Source of the DNA: Perkinsela sp. CCAP 1560/9
Taxonomy: Eukaryota > Protista > Euglenozoa: Kinetoplastea
DNA: 64,000 nt
Direction: 5' to 3'
Assembly (NCBI GenBank): GCA_965644495.1
Contig: CBFFSA010000001.1
Location: 3,348,001-3,412,000 of the forward strand
Shown: positions 22,491-32,684 of the stretch, piece after piece
Layout of the letters: each line of letters opens with the position of its first letter
How positions within the stretch are numbered: position 1 is the first letter of the stretch
Program-made: the position numbers and the translations under genes
Notes under the pieces: generated by a model
The model's input: only the letters and a program-made list of their open reading frames with translations
Databases searched by the model: none
What the model was told of the DNA's origin: nothing

Positions 22491-23450
22491 ATGTCCGACG
22501 GCCACTTCACCTACGACGGTGTCCTCCGTGGCCACCGCGGCTGGGTCACCGCCCTCGCCGCCCCCTCCACCCGCAACGACACCCTCCTCTCCGCCTCCCG
22601 CGACACCACCGTCCTCCGCTGGACCACGACCAACACCTCCCGCGACCCCTCCGAGCCCCACGCCCTCCCGGCGAAGCGCCTCGAGGGCCACAGCGGGTTC
22701 ATCCAGGACCTCGCGCTCTCCTCCACCGGGGACTACGCCCTCAGCGCCTCCTGGGACACCACGCTGCGGCTGTGGTCGACGAGCACCGGGGCCTGCGCCC
22801 GCGTCTTCCGCGGCCACACCAAGGACGCCCTCTCCGTCGCCTTCTCCCCCGACGACAAGCAGGTCGTCAGCGGGGGCCGCGACCACCGCCTCAAGGTGTG
22901 GAACGTCGACGGCGCGTGCATGTACACCTTCGCCGACCGCGCCCACACCGACTGGGTCAACGCCGTGCGGTTCAGCCCCCGCGCGGAGAGCCCCTTCATC
23001 GTGAGCGCCGGGGCGGACCACCTGGTGAAGCTGTGGTCCGTGAACCCCTTCCGCCACGCCATGGACTTCGAGGGCCACGACGGGTACGTCAGCACCGTCG
23101 CGGTCTCCCCGGACGGGTCGCTGTGCGCGAGTGGGGGGAAGGACGGGGTCACGATGCTGTGGGACCTCAGCACGGGGTCGCACCTGTACCAGCTCGAGGC
23201 CGGGGAGGTGATCCACGCCCTCACGTTCTCCCCGAACCGGTACTGGCTGTGTGCCGCCACGGAGAGCTGTATTCGGATTTGGGATTTGGAGTCGAAGAAG
23301 GCCGTCGCGGAGCTTGCCCCGCCCTGCCCCACGATGAGTCGTAAGGCACTGAAGCCGGAGTGTATCTCGTTGACGTGGTCCGCGGATGGCAACACGCTGT
23401 ACACGGGACACACCGACAACACCATCCATGTCTTTGGGGTACGTGAGTGA
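22491..23450 (+). CDS. RACK1: Receptor for activated C kinase 1 (RACK1/LACK), 7 WD40 repeats
   Basis: LRGHRGWVT, SASRD, SASWDTTLRLW, SPDGSLCASGGKDG, FSPNRYWLCAAT and WSADG. Confidence 0.97.
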   Translation: MSDGHFTYDGVLRGHRGWVTALAAPSTRNDTLLSASRDTTVLRWTTTNTSRDPSEPHALPAKRLEGHSGFIQDLALSSTGDYALSASWDTTLRLWSTSTGACARVFRGHTKDALSVAFSPDDKQVVSGGRDHRLKVWNVDGACMYTFADRAHTDWVNAVRFSPRAESPFIVSAGADHLVKLWSVNPFRHAMDFEGHDGYVSTVAVSPDGSLCASGGKDGVTMLWDLSTGSHLYQLEAGEVIHALTFSPNRYWLCAATESCIRIWDLESKKAVAELAPPCPTMSRKALKPECISLTWSADGNTLYTGHTDNTIHVFGVRE

Positions 23451-23636
23451 GAAGAAAGTAAATGTTGAGGTAAAGTCGAAGGGAGAAGTTTTAGGTGATA
23501 AAGTAAGCGAAGGAAGTGGAAATAAAGGATGTTTGTCAGAAATCGTCGTTTGCGGAGTTTGAAATGGTATTGTTTCGTGTTGTAGTGGAAACTATCGTGT
23601 ATGGTAAAATCTGTAAACTTCTTTTTGTTTGTAAGC

Positions 23637-23724
23637 GACGCAGCGATTAATCCCTGCAGTGTCCCAGTTACTGATTCATACCCAGTACTTCATGGACCTG
23701 CAGTTTCATAGCTTGCGGAGATTT
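23637..23724 (+). ncRNA. Single-hairpin H/ACA-like (AGA-box) snoRNA, copy 1; predicted target is the LSU rRNA U equivalent to yeast 25S U2314
   Basis: Lower stem CGCAGC/GCTTGCG, pocket GATTAATCC + TTTCATA, upper stem CTGCAG.GTCC/GGACCTGCAG, AGA 15 nt after the upper stem; pocket is complementary to the conserved rRNA sequence AUGAA-UG-GAUUAA. Confidence 0.78.
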
Positions 23725-23729
23725 ATTGA

Positions 23730-24410
23730 TCAGCGGTTTATACATGTGTCTACTTTTCACGCTTCAAGAAGATTACATGGAGAAGTATACCATGACTAGT
23801 ACTTTCGTTTGAACCCACCCATGTTGCGAGAAAGCAAGTGTGTGATGCTCGGCACTTGGGACCGCAGAGAGGATTTGATCTCACGAACGACTCTCCGGAG
23901 CGAGTGGACCTATCCCTTTCTATGATAATACGCATTTGTTTTTAAACCCAAAATCCCCGCCCAGTTCGCGAGCGCTATTGAAGGCATTTTCGAGGTCCGC
24001 CGCTGCTGTGACATCCTGTGGTCTGTCGCTGAAATGGTCGTGCACCTCATGGACGATGTGCTCAGACTGGGTGCTTCGGACCCCAAAATTATAGGCCTTG
24101 TAAAAAGGTGGGCAGGTGTTCATGCACCCTTTCGAGGGTGAGAAGACCTGCCACCTTCAAAAGCAGGCCTTCATGGCGATGGGGCGATATGTGAAATGAT
24201 GTCCCGAGTGATTCGCTCAGTTTGGAGAACATCTGCAGTAAATAGTTCACTCAGAGAGGGTAGGGTCAAAATCGTCAGGATGCCATGAATAATTCGAGTA
24301 ATGCAGTCCCGGTGGCCGTCCTCCATAAGGATTGAAACCAGCAGCTCTTTGGTGCTAAGCCAGACTTGGCCAGCTGCTTGATCCCCACTCAGTATTCCCT
24401 TGCCGTAATA
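23730..24410 (-). pseudogene. Reverse-transcriptase fragment of a CRE/SLACS-clade retrotransposon
   Basis: YRPIA (~24173-24190), FGV..SEHIVH and DLENAFNS (~23973-23997); contains stops and frameshifts. Confidence 0.75.
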
Positions 24411-24530
24411 CGTAAGCTAGTAGTATAAACTACTGCACTCCCTAGCTATCTGTCACCAATTTTCGGAAAAGGTGACAGATAACTGAGTTTTTACCAATTC
24501 GTACTTCCTCTGCACTTCCAAAGTTGAAAT

Positions 24531-24618
24531 GACGCAGCGATTAATCCCTGCAGTGTCCCAGTTACTGATTCATACCCAGTACTTCATGGACCTGCAGTTT
24601 CATAGCTTGCGGAGATTT
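24531..24618 (+). ncRNA. AGA-box snoRNA, copy 2
   Basis: 91-bp exact repeat of 23637-23727. Confidence 0.78.
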
Positions 24619-24765
24619 ATTAATCACACCCATAGGGTTTGTATCTACTGTAATTTGTATCTACTTTAATAATACATATCCTTTGTGTTATCCAAAACTC
24701 AACGAGGCATGACGTTCCTTACACTTTTCATTTGAACTCACCAATGCCACAAGAAGGCAAGTCCT

Positions 24766-25866
24766 ATGACTGCATGCGTGATGCTCCAAACATTAGACAA
24801 CAGCGAGGACAGTGACTTCACGAGCGACTCACTCGAGCGGGTCGACGCTGTGCTGTACAGCACTACCGACACCTCCGAGCTCTTCGCGCAGGCCCGTTCA
24901 CGGCCGTTCGAATGGGAAGCGACAAATGTACCGGAGGCCAATGCCCATCAACCTCTATGCTACGTGCGCTGGCTGCACGGTGGTGAGGGGTGGACCACCG
25001 ATACAGTGGGACTACTGTCCGATGAGCAACGAGAACTCACGCGTCGAACCGACTTATGTTCCCATCGGGTCTCAAACAAGCGGCGTGATACGACTTCGTT
25101 TTCCCAGTGTCTGTTGAGATTTAAAAAATACTCCCCGGAGAGGGACAACGTGGAAAACCCAAAATGTGGAATTACTTCCGAATCCACCGCCGAGGAGCTT
25201 TCTCAGTATCAAGTGACGCAGTGGGTACGTTCCAGGAAGTTACCAAGCGTGGACTCCGAGAACCGCGGTGCAATGTTTACTCCGCGACTCAACGGAGTCG
25301 ATTTTTCCCCAACCGGGGAGATCTTGTTTCACTGCTCCACAGACTCCTTGTTGGACTTTCACACCTTGCCTTACCGTGACCTCCCCAAGGATGTGCGCCA
25401 CACGCAAGAAAGTCAGATTCTTTCACACATCCGAGACAGCGTCATTCAGACAGCCGTGACCCCGCGGTATCGCCTGGGACTGGAGCTTCTCCAGGGACGT
25501 TATGAGCGCTTTTGTCGTTTGCCACGTGATGTAGCGGATGCCTGCGCGGAGAGCTTAATTTCACAATATGACGCTTTTCCTACGCCAGAGTTCCTGTTGG
25601 GCTGTGCAGCCTCTGAAGGCATCGTGGAGGATTCTCCGGAACGTCTCAAGGGGGATAAACGAAGGAAAGTGAAAGCAAAAAGCGTCAAAAGAAATGGGTA
25701 CAATGAACAAACAAGTTCCTATGACGCTGCATCAGCATTCGCCTTTTTGTCCCCACTTGATTTTAAGTTACCCGATGAGAGGTTAGCTCGGTACGATAAA
25801 AAGTGGAGCAATTTTTGTCGAACTCGCAGGCAACTTCCCGTAGGCAAGGACCTAATGAAGTTGTGA
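24766..25866 (+). CDS. Hypothetical protein, 366 aa
   Basis: Long ATG-initiated ORF on the coding strand; PRLNGVDFSPTG only weakly resembles a WDR59/Sea3 motif. Confidence 0.7.
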   Translation: MTACVMLQTLDNSEDSDFTSDSLERVDAVLYSTTDTSELFAQARSRPFEWEATNVPEANAHQPLCYVRWLHGGEGWTTDTVGLLSDEQRELTRRTDLCSHRVSNKRRDTTSFSQCLLRFKKYSPERDNVENPKCGITSESTAEELSQYQVTQWVRSRKLPSVDSENRGAMFTPRLNGVDFSPTGEILFHCSTDSLLDFHTLPYRDLPKDVRHTQESQILSHIRDSVIQTAVTPRYRLGLELLQGRYERFCRLPRDVADACAESLISQYDAFPTPEFLLGCAASEGIVEDSPERLKGDKRRKVKAKSVKRNGYNEQTSSYDAASAFAFLSPLDFKLPDERLARYDKKWSNFCRTRRQLPVGKDLMKL

Positions 25867-26206
25867 AGTGTCCATTGCACGCACAATTAATATTGTTACC
25901 CTTTGCCTGACCCTCTCACCTACAACACCCTCTCCATCACACTGCAGCTGTACCCTGAAATGCAGTGTATCATCCGAGGTCTTAATTTTTTGGTAAAAAC
26001 CTTCCTCACACACCGAAAAATGACATCGTGCGTTTCGCTCTTAAAACCCTGGAATAGATTTTAACATCTGTGGTACACACGAAAATGTTAGCTTTAACAA
26101 CCGATTTCTCCAGGACTTTACCTCACACATCCCTTTTCTCAACTTCTTTTTCTCAACTTCCCCACCTAAAAACCCTCTTTTTACCCCTTTCCCCTTTCTC
26201 CCCACC

Positions 26207-26863
26207 ATGCCACCTCCCCACCACCCCCACCCCACCCTCTCCCCTTTTCTTCTCTTCCTCCTCCTCCTCCCCCTCCCCCCCCTCCCCTCCTCCGACCCCT
26301 CCGACGACCCCCCGTCCCTCTCCCTCTACCACGACCCCTACTCCAGCCCCCACACCTCCTTTGGGGCCTACACCCCCGACCCCTTGGCCTCCCCCTTCCA
26401 CGACCCCCTCGACACCCACCTACGCGAGAGCAACACCTCCTCCTCCCCCTACCCCCCCTCCTCCTCCCCCTACCCCCCATCGTACTCGTACTCGTCTTCC
26501 TCCCGTTCCTCCCCCCCTCACTTCCGTGCGGAGGACCCCACGGAGGAGCGTGACAGCGCCCACGAGTGGAACCTCGACGCGTGCTGCGCCTCCCTCCCGC
26601 GCCCCGTGCGCTGGCTGCTGTGCCCGCTCGCGCTGTTCTACTGCTGGGCGCGCTGGGACCGGGTCTGGTACAGCTGGTGGAACTACCCCGGGACGTACGG
26701 CACCCGGCCCGGGGGGGAGATCTACGACGGGCCGCGGCCCGATACGTGGGGCCCCGGGGCGGAGGTCCCGGATAGGACGGGGAGTGGGGCGGGGAGGGGA
26801 GGGGGGGAGAGGGGGGAGAAAGGGGGTGGGGGAGAGGGGGGGGAAGGGGGGGGGGGTGTATAG
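26207..26863 (+). CDS. Hypothetical low-complexity membrane/secreted protein
   Basis: Signal-like FLLFLLLLPL, Pro/Ser-rich region, Cys/Trp-rich hydrophobic core and Gly-rich tail; lies in a skew island, so the frame is less certain. Confidence 0.5.
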   Translation: MPPPHHPHPTLSPFLLFLLLLPLPPLPSSDPSDDPPSLSLYHDPYSSPHTSFGAYTPDPLASPFHDPLDTHLRESNTSSSPYPPSSSPYPPSYSYSSSSRSSPPHFRAEDPTEERDSAHEWNLDACCASLPRPVRWLLCPLALFYCWARWDRVWYSWWNYPGTYGTRPGGEIYDGPRPDTWGPGAEVPDRTGSGAGRGGGERGEKGGGGEGGEGGGGV

Positions 26864-26963
26864 GGTAAGGGGAGGGCGTGGGGAGGGGGAGGGGGGGAGG
26901 TACGGTACACCGCCGTCGTTTGCGAGATGGCCGACGCCGGAGATGGGGTGATGGGGGGAGGGA

Positions 26964-26988
26964 TGTGTGTGTGTGTGTGTGTGTGTGT
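26964..26988. repeat. (TG)n microsatellite
   Basis: About 12 TG units. Confidence 0.9.
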
Positions 26989-27202
26989 CGAGTTTAGGGC
27001 CAAGTTAGGGTTGATTGAAAAAGGAGAGGATAGGTGAAGGGGTATTGGGAAAGAGGTTTACAGGGAACTTGTAGAAAAGGTTTGATTTCTTGGAAATTTT
27101 AAGAATTCGTTTTTTTCTTTGCTACACAGAGAAAAAGGGTATGTCGGAAAGAGGTCGAGCACTTCAGAGTTATGGACGTAAAAAAAGTAAGATGGAAAAG
27201 TA

Positions 27203-28978
27203 ATGCCGAAGCTGCACAACATAAATGTGGGGATACTGGGTCACGTTGACAGTGGAAAGACCACGCTGGCGAAGGCTTTAAGCACTGTGAGTAGCACCGC
27301 ATGCTTTGACAAACATCCCCAAAGTAAGGAGCGAGGTATAACTATCGACTTGGGATTTAGTTCTTTTTCCTTACCGCTTACGTGCTCGTCAGGCGATACA
27401 ACGGACGGTGATCGCATTCAATTTACCTTAGTAGATTGCCCAGGACACTCCAGCTTGATTCGCACGGTTGTCGGAGGTGCGAACATAATTGATTTTGCTC
27501 TCCTAATAATTGACATCACGAAGGGATTGCAAGCTCAGAGTGCCGAGTGCATTCTTATCGCTGAAATACTCGAAATACCGCTTCTCGTGGTTTTAAACAA
27601 GACTGATTTGTTGCCGTCTGGCCCCGAAGGCGCGACGCGAATCAATCTTCTTCGGAAACGGTTGAAAAAGCAGTTCGAGTCCACGCGGTGGCCTAATGTA
27701 GAAATGGTACCAGTAGCGGCTCGTGTGAACAATGGGAACGTCTACCAGGTCGAAGAATTGAAAAAAAAGATGTATGAAATAGCGTATGCGATTCTGCTCG
27801 ATAAAGGCAAGGCTTTTACGCCTGGTGGGGAAGAAGCTTATCTTTCTAATAATTTGAGAGAGTTGGGAAATGACTTTGGTTTTTATATGTATGTGGATCA
27901 CTGTTTCGCTTTGCAAGGGAAAGGGGTTATCCTCACAGGTACCGTGGTCAAGGGAAGACTTGCTGTCGGTGATACAATTGATATACCCGCCTTGGGGTAC
28001 CAACGAAAAATTCGCTCGATGCAAGTTTTTCATCAGAATGTATCATTTGTGCACTCAGGAGACCGCGTTGCTATTTGTGTGTCAAACGTACCACCCGAAA
28101 AAATTGAGCGCGCCCTTGTGTGTGCACCGAACTCAACAAGCATATACTCAGCGGAGCGATTTATTGCCCGCGTTCGTCGGATACGATATTATAAAGCCGC
28201 ACTTCACTCAAAACAAATGATGTTATTATGTGTAGGGCACTCCACATGTTTGGCACGAGTACACTTCTTTTACTCTCAGGAAAAATGTTTTTCGCTGCAG
28301 AACAAGTATTGTTATCTTAGCCAACTTCCCGAAGACTCGTCAGTTAAGTTTGTCTCTTCAAAAGGTAGCGACAATGCTAGCGAGTGTACTTCTTACAGAC
28401 CTCTCCGAAACGAAGAGGATCGGTATTGCTACTATGCCTTGATAGAGCTTGAGCATTCTCTAATCATGCCGCACAACGCTACAATTATAGGCATGGACCA
28501 GCAAGATGTGTTTGAAGGCGTCGGAAAGTGTCGCATTGCTTTGGAAGGAAAAGTGGTCTTTTCACTTACACAAGAGCGTCAAAAATTACTAAAAATAATG
28601 CGTTGGAAGTCATATGCGTTGACAATCGACCGTATAATCGATGAAAAGTCATGTGTCATACAAAATCCTGGACGCCGATTGATACATGCAGAGCACTCAT
28701 GTACATACTTTCAACCGCCAGACTACCATCCTGATCCAAACTATCGGCTTATGGAACAATTGATATCCAAGAACATGCTAAATAACTCTCAAAAAATAAC
28801 GGAGTCCTGTGATTTACCTTTTTGTGGCACCCTGGGTGCAACTTTTGGAACCAAAGGAAAGATTAAGATCCAGTTTGCACATCCCGTCTTTGGAAAACGC
28901 GGCGCAAAGCATGAATATCGGCACTACCAGATAATTTTACACAAGCAGGTTTGTGTTACTCCTGGGCATGCTAGCTAA
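27203..28978 (+). CDS. EEFSEC: Selenocysteine-specific elongation factor eEFSec/SelB
   Basis: NVGILGHVDSGKT..KALS...STACFDKHPQSKERGITIDLGFS, DCPGH, NKTD, VDHCF, and C-terminal FG..GK. Confidence 0.93.
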   Translation: MPKLHNINVGILGHVDSGKTTLAKALSTVSSTACFDKHPQSKERGITIDLGFSSFSLPLTCSSGDTTDGDRIQFTLVDCPGHSSLIRTVVGGANIIDFALLIIDITKGLQAQSAECILIAEILEIPLLVVLNKTDLLPSGPEGATRINLLRKRLKKQFESTRWPNVEMVPVAARVNNGNVYQVEELKKKMYEIAYAILLDKGKAFTPGGEEAYLSNNLRELGNDFGFYMYVDHCFALQGKGVILTGTVVKGRLAVGDTIDIPALGYQRKIRSMQVFHQNVSFVHSGDRVAICVSNVPPEKIERALVCAPNSTSIYSAERFIARVRRIRYYKAALHSKQMMLLCVGHSTCLARVHFFYSQEKCFSLQNKYCYLSQLPEDSSVKFVSSKGSDNASECTSYRPLRNEEDRYCYYALIELEHSLIMPHNATIIGMDQQDVFEGVGKCRIALEGKVVFSLTQERQKLLKIMRWKSYALTIDRIIDEKSCVIQNPGRRLIHAEHSCTYFQPPDYHPDPNYRLMEQLISKNMLNNSQKITESCDLPFCGTLGATFGTKGKIKIQFAHPVFGKRGAKHEYRHYQIILHKQVCVTPGHAS

Positions 28979-29217
28979 CATTTTTCGATATAAAATTTTG
29001 ACATTGCACATTATTTAAATTTGTACATGTCGAATCATTGCTTAAGCAATGTCTAAAAGTCAGAATGGATTGCATCTTTTGATTATATTTCGCAAATACC
29101 ATAGTCAGGATTTTTTTGTAACGTAAACAGTATTTCGTTTGAACACATTTGTTTGAACTCTCAGATTATTTGCTTGCGATTTTAAAACGTAACGTGTAGC
29201 TTCATCTAGCACTCACA

Positions 29218-29745
29218 ATGAAAAAACTTATGTTCTGCATCATTTTTTTAGTCCGGCCGCTATTGGAATGTAGGGAACCAGTCAAGGAAACAAATTCCAA
29301 AATGTGGACTCCAGAGTATTGTAAAAAACTTGGGTACCATTCAGCTCTCTTGAATTGTGCGACTTGTAACGTAGTGTTTGGCTCAGCAGAATTCAAAACA
29401 ATATATGATGAGTGCATGGAATGTTGCTACGATGATCGGGCGCCACTCCAAGCGTTACCCAACGTGTACACTAGGGTAAAATTTTATCTCCCTCAAAGAA
29501 CATATGAATTCGTTCCCACATACAGATCTCTCATCGACGAAAGGCTCCGTCCGAAATACAAAAATCAGATTGACATAATTTTTGAAGAGACCCCTCCGCG
29601 ATTTTTACTATACAAAGAAAATGACTCTGTTGGAGACGCGTTTGATGCGTCGGAATGGTCTGTAGATACAATTTTTGATTTCTTAGCTGATCAGTTGGAG
29701 GTCTCGACCATGTTAAACGGTGAAAATTCCAATGATGAATTGTAG
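29218..29745 (+). CDS. Sep15/SELENOF-like ER protein lacking the CxU redox motif
   Basis: Signal peptide, Cys-rich CKKLGY..LNCATC..ECMECC, PRFLLY..SEWSVDTIFDFL and C-terminal NDEL. Confidence 0.75.
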   Translation: MKKLMFCIIFLVRPLLECREPVKETNSKMWTPEYCKKLGYHSALLNCATCNVVFGSAEFKTIYDECMECCYDDRAPLQALPNVYTRVKFYLPQRTYEFVPTYRSLIDERLRPKYKNQIDIIFEETPPRFLLYKENDSVGDAFDASEWSVDTIFDFLADQLEVSTMLNGENSNDEL

Positions 29746-30508
29746 ATCAGGAAAATTCTCCCATTAGAATCTTTAAATATTGGTCCATGCTCTGGGGCTC
29801 CTTTTAGCGCATGAACTACGAAACGTAGGATTCAAAAAGCGAAATCCGTCATCATTTCTCCTGGCCAATTCACTGGCCGCGCGAATCTGTTGCCAAATGT
29901 TGCAATGTTCGCGCGAATCTGTTGCAATGTTCGGTTGATACTAACGACTACCAACCACGACAAGTTATTGGGGTAACGGGGCCGACTCATGTGCAACTTG
30001 GGTCGACTCTGTTGAGAGCGCATTGAAATCATTCAAATGATTATATGTATTTGAGTGGTGAAAAAAGAAGTAAGTTAGCTTAAATCATTATATTTTTGTA
30101 ATTGTTTACGCTTTTCCAGAACAAAATTACGTAGCACATTATCAGCGCGTCCAATGCATTATCGTTGTTCTAGAGTTTCTCAACCCTGCTCCAAGAAGGC
30201 CTCGTTGATACTCGTCGGGTAGAGATGCCTCTCTACCTGAAAAGTGTCCCTCTGTTACTCTCTCAAGTTTCAAGACTTAGAGTCTAAGTCTTAGACAAGT
30301 ACACAGAGTACAAAAATTGATCACTTCAAATTTGCATAATTGAACACCTCATAGTTTTACCTCATAGTTTTATTCTCGATTCTGTGATCGTTTTTTTCTT
30401 CTTACGTTTCAGTTTTCTACCCCTTTTCACAACTGGGAGTTTTCTTTTGCTTTACACACAACTTTTGCTACTGTGCAATTATCACTTTACAATAACAAAG
30501 GTATTGCA

Positions 30509-31165
30509 ATGTTTGCGAAAATCTTGCGATTGTCTTTTGCGACGTCAACTAGTCCAGTTTATACATCAGACACTCAGGCCCCTACCCGCTTAGCGAAGGT
30601 AAGAGGCACATTTTTACCACAAGAATACCATTTAGTGCGGCTTATAGAAGGCATCGAGAACCAACATTCCTCATGGAATACTGGCACACCTGCATGCAAA
30701 TGGCATGGAATACAATGCAATGAAGAAGGCGCAGTAATTTCTATTTCCTGGCTCTATGGCAACCTTTGCGGAGAGCTAAGTTGGAAGTATTTACCACCCA
30801 CGTTATTCACTTTATCACTTTATGACAATAAACTGTGCGGAAATGTGCCCTTCTCCTCGTTGCCGAAAAAGTTGGATCTAATTAATCTTAGCCAAAATCG
30901 CTTTTCTGGTGAGCCAAATCTTCGGGATTTGCCCCCTTTACTAACTTATTTGGACATTGGATATAATCACTTCGAAGGGCACGTTGATCTTGATTCACTC
31001 CCTGTATCACTCACTGATTTATATCTTGCATCAAACCAAGGGTTGGAAGGCATCTTAGATCTGGAAGGGAGAGTTAGCCATTTTTGTTACAGTGTTCTAG
31101 AAACTCACATCACAACTAGCAACGGAAAGTTGTGTGTCTACTCTGATGATGAGGCATCAGAGTAG
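30509..31165 (+). CDS. Leucine-rich repeat protein (23-aa repeats, LRRNT cap)
   Basis: SWN..TPACKWHGIQC cap; LP-x-x-L-x-x-L-x-L-x-x-N-x-F-x-G repeats; first ATG at 30509. Confidence 0.88.
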   Translation: MFAKILRLSFATSTSPVYTSDTQAPTRLAKVRGTFLPQEYHLVRLIEGIENQHSSWNTGTPACKWHGIQCNEEGAVISISWLYGNLCGELSWKYLPPTLFTLSLYDNKLCGNVPFSSLPKKLDLINLSQNRFSGEPNLRDLPPLLTYLDIGYNHFEGHVDLDSLPVSLTDLYLASNQGLEGILDLEGRVSHFCYSVLETHITTSNGKLCVYSDDEASE

Positions 31166-31491
31166 GTATTTTTTACATTTGCGTGCATTTTTAGGTCCGT
31201 ATACAGTATCTCAAGAAACTGATAACACTTTCTCGCGTTGAACATTGTTTTAAGAATTTTTTTTATATAACAGAAGCCTCTACTTAATATTATGGTGTGG
31301 TAATATAGTCCGCTAGACCATGTGGGTAGCCATTAGCTTTCCAGTCTGATTGCTTACTCTCTGAACAAATGGGAATGCTATTTGTGCTCTGTTTCTATGT
31401 GATCTGTTTTTTGTCCCTCTGTGATCAGTTTTGTCAATTTTGGTATATATTACGAAATAAAAATACTTACTTCATTCGATACATGCTTACA

Positions 31492-31750
31492 TCAATACTT
31501 TATGTAACCGTCCTTCGCCTTGATTACCGTTTGTATACGTCGCGACATGCTTTCCAGAAGACATAACAGTATGAAGAGGATGTGATCTCCCACATTTTCT
31601 TAGAACTCTACACAACCTCTCCCATATTCGCCGGTGGAGGCTCAACTTCACCTAGCTTTGCCGTTAGTTGACTCCAAAGATTCTCAATGGGATTTATATC
31701 CGGTGACTGCGGCGGCCATTCAACCAGAACTTGAACTCCCACGCTGGCAA
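31492..31750 (-). pseudogene. Tc1 transposase C-terminal remnant
   Basis: The minus strand reads VLVEWPPQSPDINPIENLW, then after a stop and a frameshift SMSRRIQTVIKAKDGYIKY*. Confidence 0.85.
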
Positions 31751-31948
31751 TCTTGCTGGGGTATTTCATATTAAATAAAAGAATCTTGACATTTCGCGAA
31801 GAATATGTAGTACTGTAGAATATTGCGGTGGTTGTAAAACTACCGCTCTACCTTCGATTATTGGGCTTGGGGGTACGTTCGTTGAGTACTCAACGAACGT
31901 ACCCTGTGACAGTAAAAAATCTGCAGGACCTTAGAGGGAGGAGGAAGA

Positions 31949-32210
31949 AAGGCCCAACTGTGAGCGAAGCCCACGCCTGCAGGCAAGGCCCCCGTTTGCG
32001 AGCAAGGCCCAACTGTGAGCGAAGTCCACTACTGGTGGCAAAGGCCCCCGTTTGCGAGCAAGGCCCAACTGTGAGCGTAGCCCTGGGACATAATTATATT
32101 TTTTGACGACTCGCGCGCTCCAGCGCGCGGGTCGCGCACTGAGAACCTATGTCTACCACTTCCGCAGGATTGTCCAGAGGAAAGGACCAACTGTGAGCGT
32201 AGCCCACGTC
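31949..32210. repeat. Cluster of AGGCCCAACTGTGAGCG(A/T)AG repeats (x4) with AAGGCCCCCGTTTGCGAGC (x2)
   Basis: Direct repeats visible in the sequence; probably transposon subterminal repeats. Confidence 0.75.
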
Positions 32211-32589
32211 TGCGAGCGCAGGGAAGTGGCAGAGTAGGCCGCGGCGATGACTTTCCACCTGGGGGTACCCCCCTGGTAAGCGCTGGAGGGGTCCGACAAG
32301 GTCAAAAATTCCGAAATTTTTGGGATAACCAAAAAAAAAAAAAATTTTGACGCAAACAAAAGTAAAAATATTATTTTTTCAAAATCGACTCCTAAACCGT
32401 ATTTGGAGAGTTTGGGACCTCACCTACCATTGTACGACGTTTTTTCGTCAGATTCGACTCCTGCCCCTACTGGTAAAGCATCAAAAACAGCCCAAAATTG
32501 GTGAAATTTCGCAATTTTTGCCGAAAATTCAAGCCTTATAACCCAAAAAGGTAGATTATTCATGATCTTTCGGAAATTTTCCTTTTTTT

Positions 32590-32684
32590 GGCTCTTCGTT
32601 AAACGCGGTGGTAGTTTTCAACGTGAAACGCGCAGCATGAGTGACTTCTAAGTTGAAAACAACCACCGCGTTTAACGAAGAGCC
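32590..32684. repeat. 33-bp inverted repeat (1 mismatch), 29-bp spacer
   Basis: Arms at 32590-32622 and 32652-32684. Confidence 0.85.

Noticed and set aside
22273-23429. Long alternative-frame and antisense ORFs over RACK1 and the other GC-rich islands
   Set aside because: They are by-products of stop-codon depletion in extreme GC3 sequence and translate to low-complexity peptides.
23637-23727. Spliced-leader RNA gene or LTR as the explanation of the 91-bp repeat
   Set aside because: It lacks the conserved mini-exon end (TTTCTGTACTTTATTG|GT) and TG...CA LTR ends; the AGA-box hairpin fits better.
29811-29831. SECIS-like ATGAA-CTACG-AAA-CGTAG-GA hairpin downstream of the Sep15-like gene
   Set aside because: The helix is only 5 bp (SECIS needs ~11-12) and the gene has no in-frame TGA; at most a vestige.
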